Below, piece after piece: positions 44,901-54,837 of a DNA stretch of 64,000 nt. The stretch spans positions 1 through 64,000 of the forward strand of contig OW569370.1 in the NCBI GenBank assembly GCA_937625935.1, written 5' to 3'. This DNA is from Tetramitus jugosus (taxonomy: Eukaryota > Protista > Heterolobosea). The notes beneath the pieces are model-generated. The model was not told the origin of the DNA, did not search any database, and worked only from the letters and a program-made list of their open reading frames with translations. Both the position numbers and the translations under genes were made by a program. Every line of letters starts with the position of its first letter. Position 1 is the first letter of the stretch.

Positions 44901-45067
44901 GGAAATGCTGGAAGAGCATTGAACTCTACAATTTCACCTTTTTCTTTGTTTTTATTGTTGTTGTTGTTGGTGTTGCTAGTGTTGTCACCACCAACGTCTG
45001 TTGATGATGATGTTGGATCGTCAGTCATCATGGGTGATGATGATCGCTTGCGTGCAGCTGATGGCAT
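41906..45067 (-). CDS. GTF3C4: TFIIIC 90-kDa subunit-like (WD40 + C-terminal Zn finger)
   Basis: N-terminal SEWSP...LAVCSTDHLLRIY, WD40 repeats (LVTGSSDGSVNFW, SASYDGSLVLWN), terminal CPFC..C..H.FNR..TF..CRGC..CPLCG. Confidence 0.75.
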   Translation of the reverse strand: MPSAARKRSSSPMMTDDPTSSSTDVGGDNTSNTNNNNNKNKEKGEIVEFNALPAFPNSVKWNSHNNKIALQISDSTFVVNVHSDSRDVVQWEPLDTQEAYATMNYHLKDRYIYHPGMFARYQTRYCRCSEWSPMTVILDDENTTVSNDGNDENNNHKSSGNSRKGTFATCFLAVCSTDHLLRIYSEPDKSYDRKWKEVYDVRVLLKAACQQFYESELSSVNNQFQPQTKRLKLSLPPQQLSFSNDGSNGGSSSNATEENESAEQTEADDNVTGSRKLTDSFLNVLVAGFVKLSNFLEPEELEKKKRRYSEEETKFIDEKMNQLFKENEALMKKYKLNAKTLKANLLKRMKVRTRTIANKKRNGESLSDLENGDDTASATTTDVNFQMTDILNQSQSQTEAESVVVTTPDTATQSAETGEQQTMDVSTPRPSQNNKTAFTPSTSRKRVIRPPVTSVDNIETPEEFVHIEHISDIMCIAWSHPITESDLYFACGNKTGHIAIMRFNPNKQQILTVVCYFKAHFSFVTSMCFLRAGPSGCCLVTGSSDGSVNFWTVPLLIGDDSDILLSLDCVFPFADLPNSIPNTFITPDHVPINFMTRYEYNGSSYLCIVKGCCSYISKLATNLSPTWKKALEGHSSIITGVAPLMCHYHPDKDPLLLIYSASYDGSLVLWNVNDADGSSEKNIIVAQDCAYPIWGCSLSPNQTYVALLRERPPQIANRADLEDRHKTKLFVFPVFEHLDKIIPDSDNRIIDYYYATLIQIVNRGIDSRLNPFDIVDAYIENLSTDQVITIVDKIINNLNSAQMLLQLCYLLLAHLTFKFNLILRALMVGGTSANTEQIQREYSAIGQRQFQAQNKLFYQNIMQMIRSFESAPTSVTDSMLLKCDWLLLYQSHSIAQCIKTDALSGLNEIGGLIAEDLRHLKSVYTRSDKSEQLVALIDRLIELCGERSADTPFDASSVDTVLSEIKTCLPCRDSCPFCSETLKMSLEQVLTSQCPKHPRHKFNRDVFTFTIIQQPGAATCRGCGCKTQLTNHQSILPCPLCGNMFEHKLKVEL

Positions 45068-45167
45068 CCTAATCTATCTATTCGAATTTGATGATGGTCG
45101 TAGTTTTTGAGTCGTCGGTTAAACAAAAACACCTACCAAAGAAAAAAGTTTCAAAAAGAAAAACAAA

Positions 45168-45515
45168 ATGAATCGATTGACACTAGAGGAAACAAAGCGC
45201 GCCACACTTGCAGCCTACGGTCTCTACCGCAGATATGCTGCAACAGTTAACCGAGCACCTCCTACCATTCAAAAAAAGTTGCGAACCAATGTCAAAAGTC
45301 TATTTGTGATTGTGAGACACGCTGAATTCACAAATGAACAATTGTGGGAGTTGATCGATCGAGGAGAAAAAGATTTATTGTTGTTGCAACGTGTCATTCT
45401 ATTGCCAGAGGAATTGTTGAGACCATTGAATTTTAGAGAGACGTCCGGTATGATGACAAACAACACGAATCAAAATACTAGTAATACGAATAGTAATCAG
45501 AATCATGAGGAATAA
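45168..45515 (+). CDS. Small LYR-motif-like protein
   Basis: GLYRRYA...KLRTNVKSLF...LIDRGEKDL three-helix pattern resembling LYRM proteins. Confidence 0.45.
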   Translation: MNRLTLEETKRATLAAYGLYRRYAATVNRAPPTIQKKLRTNVKSLFVIVRHAEFTNEQLWELIDRGEKDLLLLQRVILLPEELLRPLNFRETSGMMTNNTNQNTSNTNSNQNHEE

Positions 45516-45842
45516 GAGAGGAGTGAATCATTTTGTATCGATACAAGAAAGATGGGAGCACGAGGAACGAGTCAACATACACACTTTCCAATGGAAGAAG
45601 AAGAACAATTCTTGAAGTGCCAATGGTGAGCGAGATGTGTGTGAAGAGAAATAGTGCTGTCAAAGCAGGCAAATTACGGACTGCATTTCAGCACCCGAGA
45701 TGAAAAAAAAAGAGTTGTGGTGCTCTAGAGCAACAGACACACACACGATCATCAGATCTGAAGAAAACCCCCAACAACAAACAGATCAAGAAGAGAGAGT
45801 TAACAACACCAAAAAATAATAATAAAAGATTTAAAAACATAT

Positions 45843-46361
45843 TCATTGTAACCATTGAGGTCCTTTTGCAATTTCTTCCTGTTGCTTTCTCATCATTTCT
45901 CTCACATAGTCTTCCTGATTCGTCGTACTCGATGCTGACAATGATGCATCAGTTGTTGATGATGATGTGAATGAATTGAGCCACTGATTGAGATCAATAA
46001 TCTGATGATAGTGAAGAGCAATCAGAATCACAAGTGTGATGACAAGTGAGAGAATCGTTGTTTTGATGCTCTCATATCGCAATGATCGAATCTTTTGTTG
46101 AACCGTGATCATTTCTTGCTTGGTTTGTGAAATGTTGAGTTTGAGATATTGTTTCCTGTCTTGTGACAATGGCACAATTGTTGCAGATGGTGTGCTATCA
46201 TCAGTGTTGTTATCATTGTCAATATGGTGGTGATTCTTTCTTTTTGGATGAATGTTTCGTTTACCATCAAAATTATAGAGTTCTTGTTCCCATTTCTCAA
46301 TCTTTGCTTGTAGTTTCTCTACCTGTTGGCTATAACTTTCAATTAGTGTTGATTGTCTCAT
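45843..46361 (-). CDS. Hypothetical coiled-coil protein with a single TM helix
   Basis: Likely start MRQST, coiled coil, TM segment TTILSLVITLVILIAL. Confidence 0.6.
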   Translation of the reverse strand: MRQSTLIESYSQQVEKLQAKIEKWEQELYNFDGKRNIHPKRKNHHHIDNDNNTDDSTPSATIVPLSQDRKQYLKLNISQTKQEMITVQQKIRSLRYESIKTTILSLVITLVILIALHYHQIIDLNQWLNSFTSSSTTDASLSASSTTNQEDYVREMMRKQQEEIAKGPQWLQ

Positions 46362-46439
46362 TGTTGTTGATGATTTTATGTTCGTTTGTTGTGTTGGTGG
46401 TGTAACTTGAATTTTCTTCGTGTTATGGGCACACAAAAC

Positions 46440-48460
46440 TTATGGTTTACGTTGTATGGCAAAACGGTCGAGTTGAGTCATTGAGGACTCATCCCCAAAC
46501 GAATGATCACAATCACTCAAGGTGTCATCGGATGAAAAACTAACATCAGTAATGGATTCATCATCTGTGGGTGGAGCAGGCGTCGTTGTTATTCCATTCA
46601 TTAGCGTGGTGTGGAGGACAGGAACAGAACAGGAAGCTGTAGTGTGAGTTCTTCTGCTTTTGTACCTTCGATAGAGTCTTTGAATCTTGGTAGCAGCACT
46701 CTGAAGGTATATTGCAATCTCAACATTGGACTGAGAGGTTCTTGGTGGACCTACTTTGAACTTGACTTTCGAATGTCCAGAGAATAGGAGATTTCGCTTT
46801 ACATCATCCATTTGACGATCCCTAACTTCTAAATTCTTACTTAGGCATAATATCTTGCTCACACAGTTCCGGTGAATAGAGGCTACGTGTTGGACAAACT
46901 GTTCCAAGTTTCCACTGTCAGATACTGGAGTCTTCCTAATGTGTTCCTTCTCCGTGGTGTTCCCAGAAGAATAATTACATGAATCATACTGTACAATATT
47001 TGGTGGATATAATTGATGAATCAGTCCAAGTTCTTCAGACAGCGTTATGTTCGAGATTTTTTCACTATCCATCATGTAATGCCAATTCTTTTCAATTTGT
47101 TCGGTTCTATCTCTAGATTCATTTACACTATACAACGACATTTCGTAGACTTCCCATAGAGTTTCATACAGGGCATCCACAAGACTCCATGCGATATCCT
47201 CCTGGGAATTTTTAGGACTATTATGCTGTGGTATGATAGATTGTCGTTCAGCGTCACGAATGTTTCTATCTTCGATTGTCTGATCCGGCTGCTTTTGGAG
47301 TACCATGATTTGATTCTGCAACTGTCGAGCTAGTGATTTATAGTTGATGGCATCAAATTTTTCATTGATTCGGGCACTCGTCTGCACCTTCATACACCTT
47401 TGAGCAAAGACTAGAGTACTCATGGTTTCATAGTAAGACGGCTTTGTTGGGGAAAGAGTTGCGATTAATGTGATATTGCTGTTTCCTCTCAGAACGTCCT
47501 TCAATAAACGCGTGAGTTTAGAGTCTCGATATGGAATATGTTCCCCACCACCTGGTCGTTTTATCAAACCTGAAATCACATTCCCTAGAACACTCAAGCT
47601 TTTGTTAATTTGCTTCGCTTCGTTGAGTCGAGCTCCACTAGATTGGGTTCTGTTGACACGCTCTGAACCTGCTAAATCTACCAATCGAAGTTTCGATGTT
47701 ATTGTTTTTCCCTGGTATCGTTTCGTAATTTCCAAGGCAAGGACTGTATGAGCTCTCGAAGAAGTAATGTTCATTAATGTGGGAGCCATGCTTCTATTCT
47801 TTAATCCTTCCATGACAAGACTCGCTGCCTGCTTTCCATTTTTCACTTCGATGGATGTCAGCAATGGAATGTTGGCCCCTTCTCTTGTCTCCTGTATCTT
47901 TAAATTGGTGGAGGAGGGACATAGGAGATCTTGAATCTATTAATAATAGACACGAGTTAACACTATCAAACTTTCTAACTCTTGGTCGATCGGATACTTA
48001 CCATTTCCATGTATATTTGAAGGAAACTCAGGTTACAAGACCAAGTGAATTCCTCCTCTTGACCTCTTTTCTTCTCCTCTTGCAATAAATGATAAAAAAC
48101 ATCGCTCAGACATCTGGGCACTAATCCCATTTGTTCATCGTCCACAACATTCAACATACCCATCGTATGAGTCTTTCCTGAACCCGTTTGACCATATGCC
48201 ATGATCGTTCCATTTATTCCACTCATTACATCTCGCACTATAGGTAATCCAACAGATTTGTACACTAACTCCTGAGTAACACTCGGCCCGAACACAGTAT
48301 CATAGTAAAAGGATCTGAATGAGTCCTTCCTGGGATCCAGAATGGTCACTCGCGGAACATTGTCGGTCACCGCTACGATGCTCTCAAAATGATTCTCTTC
48401 ATTGACTTCTGATTCGAATGGAGGTCTCACACGAACTGCAACCTTGATTCTTTCTTGCAT
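46440..48460 (-). CDS. N-terminal-motor kinesin with C-terminal IQ motif, 2 exons
   Basis: IKVAVRVRP, AYGQTGSGKTHTM, SSRAHT, LVDLAGSER, HIPYRDSKLTRLL. IQ motif AATKIQRLYRRYKSRR. Intron 47937-48001. Confidence 0.93.
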
Positions 48461-48635
48461 TTTGTTCCGTTTCGTAGTTAAGTAAACTGATACTCCGACT
48501 TTGGCCATCCAATTCGACATTTCCAACATGAAAGCTTGGGCTGCACGATTTCGTTGAACAATTTGTTCATCGGACAAAAACCAAGAAAAGAAAAACAAAC
48601 CAAACAACACACGACAGATAGACTAAAGAACGACA

Positions 48636-49010
48636 ATGGCGCAAGGTGGATCCAAGAGCGGAGGTGCAAAGGTACCAGCATCATCCAAGAGCAACAACTC
48701 TTCAAAAATCAAGAAACAAAACAAAACAAGTGGACGTCCAACTCAAAAGAAAAAGACTGCAAAAGACGCATTGACTCGATCGACTCAGAACACAAAGAAC
48801 ACACTAGTCAAGAGTGTCGCTGCTTCAATTGAACAAGAAATGATGCAAAAGATGAGAAAGGAGGGAAAACCAATGTTAGTTCTCAATAAGACTCTCAAAA
48901 AGAACAGTACCAATAACAATAGCAATAGTGGCGGTAGCAAGAGCAGTAACAATAATAGCAAGAGCAGCAACAATAATAATAAGAACAATAATAAGAGCAA
49001 GAAAAAGTAA
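48636..49010 (+). CDS. Small basic protein, UPF0390/DUF2462-like
   Basis: MAQG start, Lys-rich, LVKSVAASIEQEMMQK pattern. Confidence 0.5.
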   Translation: MAQGGSKSGGAKVPASSKSNNSSKIKKQNKTSGRPTQKKKTAKDALTRSTQNTKNTLVKSVAASIEQEMMQKMRKEGKPMLVLNKTLKKNSTNNNSNSGGSKSSNNNSKSSNNNNKNNNKSKKK

Positions 49011-49158
49011 TCATGTGAACATTTGTAGTACGCATTGTGTTTGAGTTTTGCAATTTATGTTTAAGTTGTGCGCAATGTGTGTGAGATGTCGTGTGATTTT
49101 CTGGTGTTGTTGTGAGACGTGATTGATGATATGAGTCATTATGTTGGTTGGTTATTGT

Positions 49159-50688
49159 TTATTGATTGTTGTTGGTATTATTTTGAGAAATGTGATGAAT
49201 CATCTCATCAATTGATTGCATTTTGATTCGCTTCAATCCAACTGCTTCTCCTCTTCGCTCCTCCTCTTTATCAATGTTCATCCAATCAGGGAAGAAAACG
49301 ATGGGCACATGCTTCTCTTTTGCAATCTGAATTAAACCATTGTCACCTTGCTTCTCTTGTTCTGCTTCTGAGCTCTTGTCGGATGACGACAACTTGTTTT
49401 CAACATTGTTCACAATCGTTTCGACTGTTTCTTTTGCATCGACAATGTTGGATAGAATCACACCGGATGCACCTCTCTTGAGCCATCCACTCACATATAA
49501 ATTGTCACTACCTTGAACTTTACCTCCCTCATTCAATACTCGACCCTGTCGATCATAAGGTACTCCTTCGATGCTTGTGTCCGACTTGTAACCAATGCTC
49601 CGTATCACAAGATCCGTGTCAACAACATCAAATTCACCTGTGCTCACCACGGAGCACTGAGAAAAGTCATCTGTGCTATCTTCCTTCTTCACCAGTTCCA
49701 TAATCTCGCATTTGATGCCTCCCACTTTGCTCTTGTCCTTCTTGGATGGAAGGAAAGCCACAGGCTTCTTACAAAAGTCGAATTCAACCTTTGGATAGGG
49801 ATTGTTCGAGAGAACATCATCCGTCAGTGGTTTAGCTTGCTCGAACACTTGCAACAACCGTTTGACTGGACGAGACAAATCAGGTCGACTCAGCGCATCC
49901 TTCACTAGGCTCATATTTCTCTCATTCATGAACAGTGTGTCCCTGCCGCTATCCTTGTGCAGATTCAATAGCTCTCGCAGCTCTTTTGTCGTACAGGCTG
50001 CTTGTGCAGGACCTCGACGGCCAATGAGACTGATGAGACGCGAATGGTACACATCTTTCAACAACTCGTAGGCACGGTGCGATATGTCATACTCCTTGTT
50101 CAGGAATTCATCAGGAGTTCGAGCAAACACGCGTGCGACATCGAGTGCAACATTACCCTGTCCAATAATGGAAATGTGTTGACTCTCGTGCAACCATTGA
50201 GCAATCTTATCATGTGCTCCATTCATACTGGCATACGGCTCAGGCAACACATTGTACCAGTTGACCACATCTCTCGCACTAATAATTCCACTCAATCGAT
50301 CTTCATTCTCAATGTTCAACAAATGATCCGTGTGTGACGCACCGTACGACAACACTACAATATCATACAGGCTCTGTAGTTGCTTTAGCGACACTGTTTG
50401 TCCCAATTTGACATTACCAATGAATGAAAATGTCTTGTTCTTATCAGCATCATTGTTGCTGTTGTTCAATAGCATCTGATGGAATTCATGGCTCACATTC
50501 TTGACTTCTGGATGATCGGGCGCCACACCATATCTCACTAGGCCATAGGGAGTCGGCAATTGATCCATGAGAGTGAGATGCATGCGACCATTCTTCACCT
50601 TGTTCCATAGACTCTGTTTGAGGTATTTGGCAGTGTACAGACCCGCGGGCCCCGCTCCAATAATGCATACCTTGAGTTGATTGAGCAT
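49159..50688 (-). CDS. FDXR: NADPH:adrenodoxin (ferredoxin) oxidoreductase
   Basis: IIGAGPAGLY, PTPYGLVRYGVAPDHPEVKNV, IIGQGNVALDVAR, GRRGP, RSIGYK, SGWLKRG. Confidence 0.95.
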   Translation of the reverse strand: MLNQLKVCIIGAGPAGLYTAKYLKQSLWNKVKNGRMHLTLMDQLPTPYGLVRYGVAPDHPEVKNVSHEFHQMLLNNSNNDADKNKTFSFIGNVKLGQTVSLKQLQSLYDIVVLSYGASHTDHLLNIENEDRLSGIISARDVVNWYNVLPEPYASMNGAHDKIAQWLHESQHISIIGQGNVALDVARVFARTPDEFLNKEYDISHRAYELLKDVYHSRLISLIGRRGPAQAACTTKELRELLNLHKDSGRDTLFMNERNMSLVKDALSRPDLSRPVKRLLQVFEQAKPLTDDVLSNNPYPKVEFDFCKKPVAFLPSKKDKSKVGGIKCEIMELVKKEDSTDDFSQCSVVSTGEFDVVDTDLVIRSIGYKSDTSIEGVPYDRQGRVLNEGGKVQGSDNLYVSGWLKRGASGVILSNIVDAKETVETIVNNVENKLSSSDKSSEAEQEKQGDNGLIQIAKEKHVPIVFFPDWMNIDKEEERRGEAVGLKRIKMQSIDEMIHHISQNNTNNNQ

Positions 50689-50960
50689 GATCTAAAAACT
50701 GCGATGTGTTTTGTTTGTTGTTGTTTCTGCTTTTGATTTCATATGAAATATTTTCATTCTGGTTGGACCCTCGGAAGAACTACAGGTCCGCATGTGTTAC
50801 GCATTTACTTTATTGATATGTGAGCATAAAGGAGGTCTCTAAGGGAGGTTTTGAACTGTGAGTTTTCTTATCTCAGAAATGAACAGTGCTCATTGTTTTT
50901 CAGATCAACAGAAAACATCCGACAACCAGAAACAACTACAATATCACAAACTCCACCAAA

Positions 50961-51449
50961 ATGTACAGGCAAAGGCTTGTGGACTCCATGAGACAGGCAG
51001 AAGAGGATCTAGCTCAGAAAAAGATAATTATTAATTGTAAAACAACCAAGAATCAACGAGAAACATGCATCAAACAAGAGACAGAGAGAACCATTGTGAA
51101 ACGAGGAGAGAGAATTGTGACAAAGGACTTGTACGAGCGGTCACTAATTAGTCAAGTGAAGCTCGGAAAAGGTCCCATTTACGAACAATTCAAAGATCGA
51201 ATCGAATCAACATATGTAGTGGATAGGAGTGATCCTGACCGAGACAAGAAGAAATTGAACAAACGTAGTGCAGCCATCGACAATCGACCAAAATTCAAGA
51301 AATGGACAGCCATGAAGATTGAAAAACGAACCAAAGAAAAGGATCTGGAAGATCAGGTGGCCTATTGGAGACGCATGAGCAACTCAGATGGTATCGAGAA
51401 CACCAAACCAACCTTGCTCGAACAAAGTTGCTACCATTCCTCAAAATGA
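50961..51449 (+). CDS. Hypothetical basic protein
   Basis: 162-codon ORF from ATG 50961 filling the intergenic gap. No motif recognised. Confidence 0.55.
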   Translation: MYRQRLVDSMRQAEEDLAQKKIIINCKTTKNQRETCIKQETERTIVKRGERIVTKDLYERSLISQVKLGKGPIYEQFKDRIESTYVVDRSDPDRDKKKLNKRSAAIDNRPKFKKWTAMKIEKRTKEKDLEDQVAYWRRMSNSDGIENTKPTLLEQSCYHSSK

Positions 51450-51551
51450 AACTTCAATTTTTTCTTTCACACCGGCAAAATGTCGTCGTGAAATTAAAAA
51501 AAAACGAAACCTCACATTTTTCACAACAACAAACACGAACAACAATAAACA

Positions 51552-54500
51552 ATGAACAACACCAACAACATCAACCCAGTGACAATTAAAGATGCCAAGG
51601 ACCTAGAAAATGTACTGCAACAATTACTCGTTCCAGACAATACCATCATCAAATTGGCCGAATTATCACTCAAACAATTCACTCAGAATTCTCAGTGCAT
51701 AACTGCATTTGTTCAACAGATTCAATCATCCGCAAATTTTGGTGTTCGACAGATTGCTGCTGTCATTCTCAGAGCAAAGATAAAAGTTCATTGGGAACAA
51801 TTGGATCACAATTCAAAAGAATTCATCAAGAGTTCACTGTTGGACGTTTTGATTAAGGAAGTAGAGTATGTTGTTGTCCACTTCACTTGTTGTTTTTCTA
51901 AGAATGAACATTTTTGTTGTGTGTACGTCCATTTATTTTTAACACACACACACATATAGTCCAAGAGTGAGATCATCTGTAGTGTCTGTAGTAGGTGAAG
52001 TCGCATCATATGAAGTGCCATTCAAGAGATGGGATCAATTGGCTGTTTTTATGACACAGTGCGTCAAGATGGCACAATCAGCATACAGAGAAGTAGGCAT
52101 GTTTCTCTTGTCTGCACTGGTTGATTCCTGCGGTGATCAAATGAAGGAAAATATTCATTCAGTAGTTCAAATGATGCAAGCCGGTTTGGCCGATGAGTCC
52201 TTTACTGTCAAGATGGCTTCACTCAAGGCTGTACAATCATTTGTTTTGTCATGTGAAGATGAGAGTCAAATGGATGTCATTATACCCATGATTCCACTCA
52301 TTATTGAAGTCATTAAGCAGTGTTTGACTGCCAATCAAGATGCTGTTGCACTCAGCGCATTTGAAATTTTTGATGAATTGGTGGAGAAGAAGAGCACATC
52401 GCTCGATGCCTCCATTCCACCAATGATGCAATTCATGTTGGAAATTGCAGTCAATACTCGATTGGATATGGAAGTGAGAGAGCGTGCCACTACTTTTATC
52501 GGATGGGTCATTGCTTTCAAGCCAAAGATTGTGATCAAACAAAAGATGGTTCCTACGCTGATCAATGTTGCATTCAAGATGCTTGTCGAACCAGAGGACG
52601 ACGATGCAGATGAGTCTGATTTGACCGGTTATCGCACCGGATCGAGTCTATTGGACGAGTTGGCTGTCGGTGTTCCAAGCAAGCACGTTTTCCAATCTGT
52701 TGTGACGATTGCTGCGCCATTGACCTCGAGTCAGAATCATTTTGAGCGCAAAGCTGGTGTCACGGCTTTTGGCTTGATTGCAGAAGGTTGCCATCAACCA
52801 ATGAGAGTCAACTTGGCTCAAGCTGTTCCTATTGTGGTCAAAGCATGTCACGATCAACACAGACAAGTGAGAGAAGCTGCTAGTTTGGCACTTGCCAGCT
52901 TTTCAGAGTATTTGCGACCTGAAATCATGGACTATTATCAACAAATTGTGCCAGTGTTGATCGAGAAGTTGGATGATCCGACATTTGAGGTGAGAGAGAA
53001 GGCTGGCTATACTTTGGACTTGTTCTGTCAGAACCTTGGTGAACGAGTGGCACCATTTTTGCAGGACATTATGAACAAACTGATGAAGCTTCTGACTGGC
53101 GGAGACATTAGAACACAAGAAGTTGTGTTGCCTGTGATTGCTGGTGCTGCCGTAGCCTCCAAACAACACTTTTTACCATACTACACTCATTTGCTGCCTC
53201 TGATGAAGCAAATTCTGGAGGACAAGAGAGTGGGCGATGAGTTGCTCTTGTTGAGAGGCAATGCCATTGAGTGTGTTGGTCTGATTGCGCTCGCTGTTGG
53301 CAAGAACAACTTTGCTCCATACATTGAAGCATTCATGTCTCTTGCATTGAACAATATGCAACAGATTGACAAGGCTGAAATGAGAGAGTACACCTATCGT
53401 TTCTTTGAGAATATTGCCAGTACTTTGCAAGCAGATTTCTCTCACTTCTTATCCGCTGTTGTGCCAGCCATTATTACCACCATTGAGAATGATGAAGTGT
53501 TGCAGAGAGTTGCAGTCAACGACCAAGCACAATTCAACTTTGAGGATGAGGAAGATGAAGAAGATGATGAAGACAGTGGCTTCCGAGGTCATTTCACTGT
53601 TAGAACTTCTCAATTGGAAGAGAAGGCTGCTGCTATTTCATCGTTGGCAGCAATTGCACTGGCCACGAAGCAAAACTTCTTGCCATTCTTGGAGAAAGCA
53701 ATTGAAATATTTGTTAATGATAGCACCTACTTCCATTACACTGTTCGTAGAAATGCGATCCTCGGTTTGAAGAATGTGCTTTATGTTGTCATTCCAACAA
53801 CAATCAAGACCTCTGAAACTTTGAACGAGAATCAACTCGCATTGCTCAATAAGGTCATGCTCATCTTCACCACGACATTGCTCGAGGATGATGACAAGGA
53901 GACTGTAGCTGTTGTTTGTGAGTCCATCTCTCAACTATGTGTAGACTTTGGTAGAAAGATTGTTGATGGAAACATTGACACTCTCTGCTCTGCTCTAACG
54001 GCATTGATTGCTCAAAAATGCCCATGCAACAACAATAACTTGGATGAAGAAGATGGTGCTGACCACGATATCTTGTTAATTGATGCCGTGTCAGACGCAA
54101 TTGATGATATCGCCAGAGTTGTTGGTCCTGAGTTTGCCAATCAATTCAGATACATTCTACCAGAGTTACTCAAGTACGTTGGTCCAAACAGAGATGCCGG
54201 AGATAAGATGATGGGTCTTGGAACAATGGCTGAGTGCTCGAACGCCATGGCTTCTGGAGCAGCTCCGTTCTTGAAGGACATGCTTCCGTTTGCTTTTGCT
54301 GGCATCAAGGACGCCAACATGGATGTCAAGCGTAATGCCATTTTTATGCTCGGTGTGCTAGCATATCATCTGAAACCTCACTTTGAGGCTAGTGTGATGC
54401 AACTCTTGGGTCTACTCCATCCAATATTTAGCAATATTGACAAGTATTCCAATGTAGTTGTCGATAATGCGTGTGGTGCAATTGCAAGAATAATCAAGGC

Positions 54501-54819
54501 TCAATATCAAATCCCCCTCGAGCAGGTACTTCCCGTATTTATTCAGTCATTGCCTCTGAGGGAGGATTTTGACGAAAATGAGGTTGTTTACTCAAGCATT
54601 CTCAGTTTGTTGCAGTCTGGAAATCCAGCTATTGCCCAATGCATGAAAGAAACACTAACAATGTTTGCCAAAGTGATCTCTGCGGACACCACTCAACTCG
54701 ACGTGAAGAACAATATTATTCAAGTGTTGCGACAGTTCAAGCAGCAGTTTGGAGCACAAGTGGCACAGGTTCTGTCTCAGTGTGACGCCCAAACACAACA
54801 AATCATGGGTAATTTGTAA
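51552..54819 (+). CDS. IPO4: Importin-4 (karyopherin-beta, Kap123-like), 2 exons
   Basis: LLVPDNTIIKLAE, VRQIAAVILR (IBN_N), IAEGC, acidic loop, DNACGAIAR, LPLREDFDEN. Intron 51866-51959. Confidence 0.9.
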
Positions 54820-54837
54820 ACACTTTTGGTTGGACTT

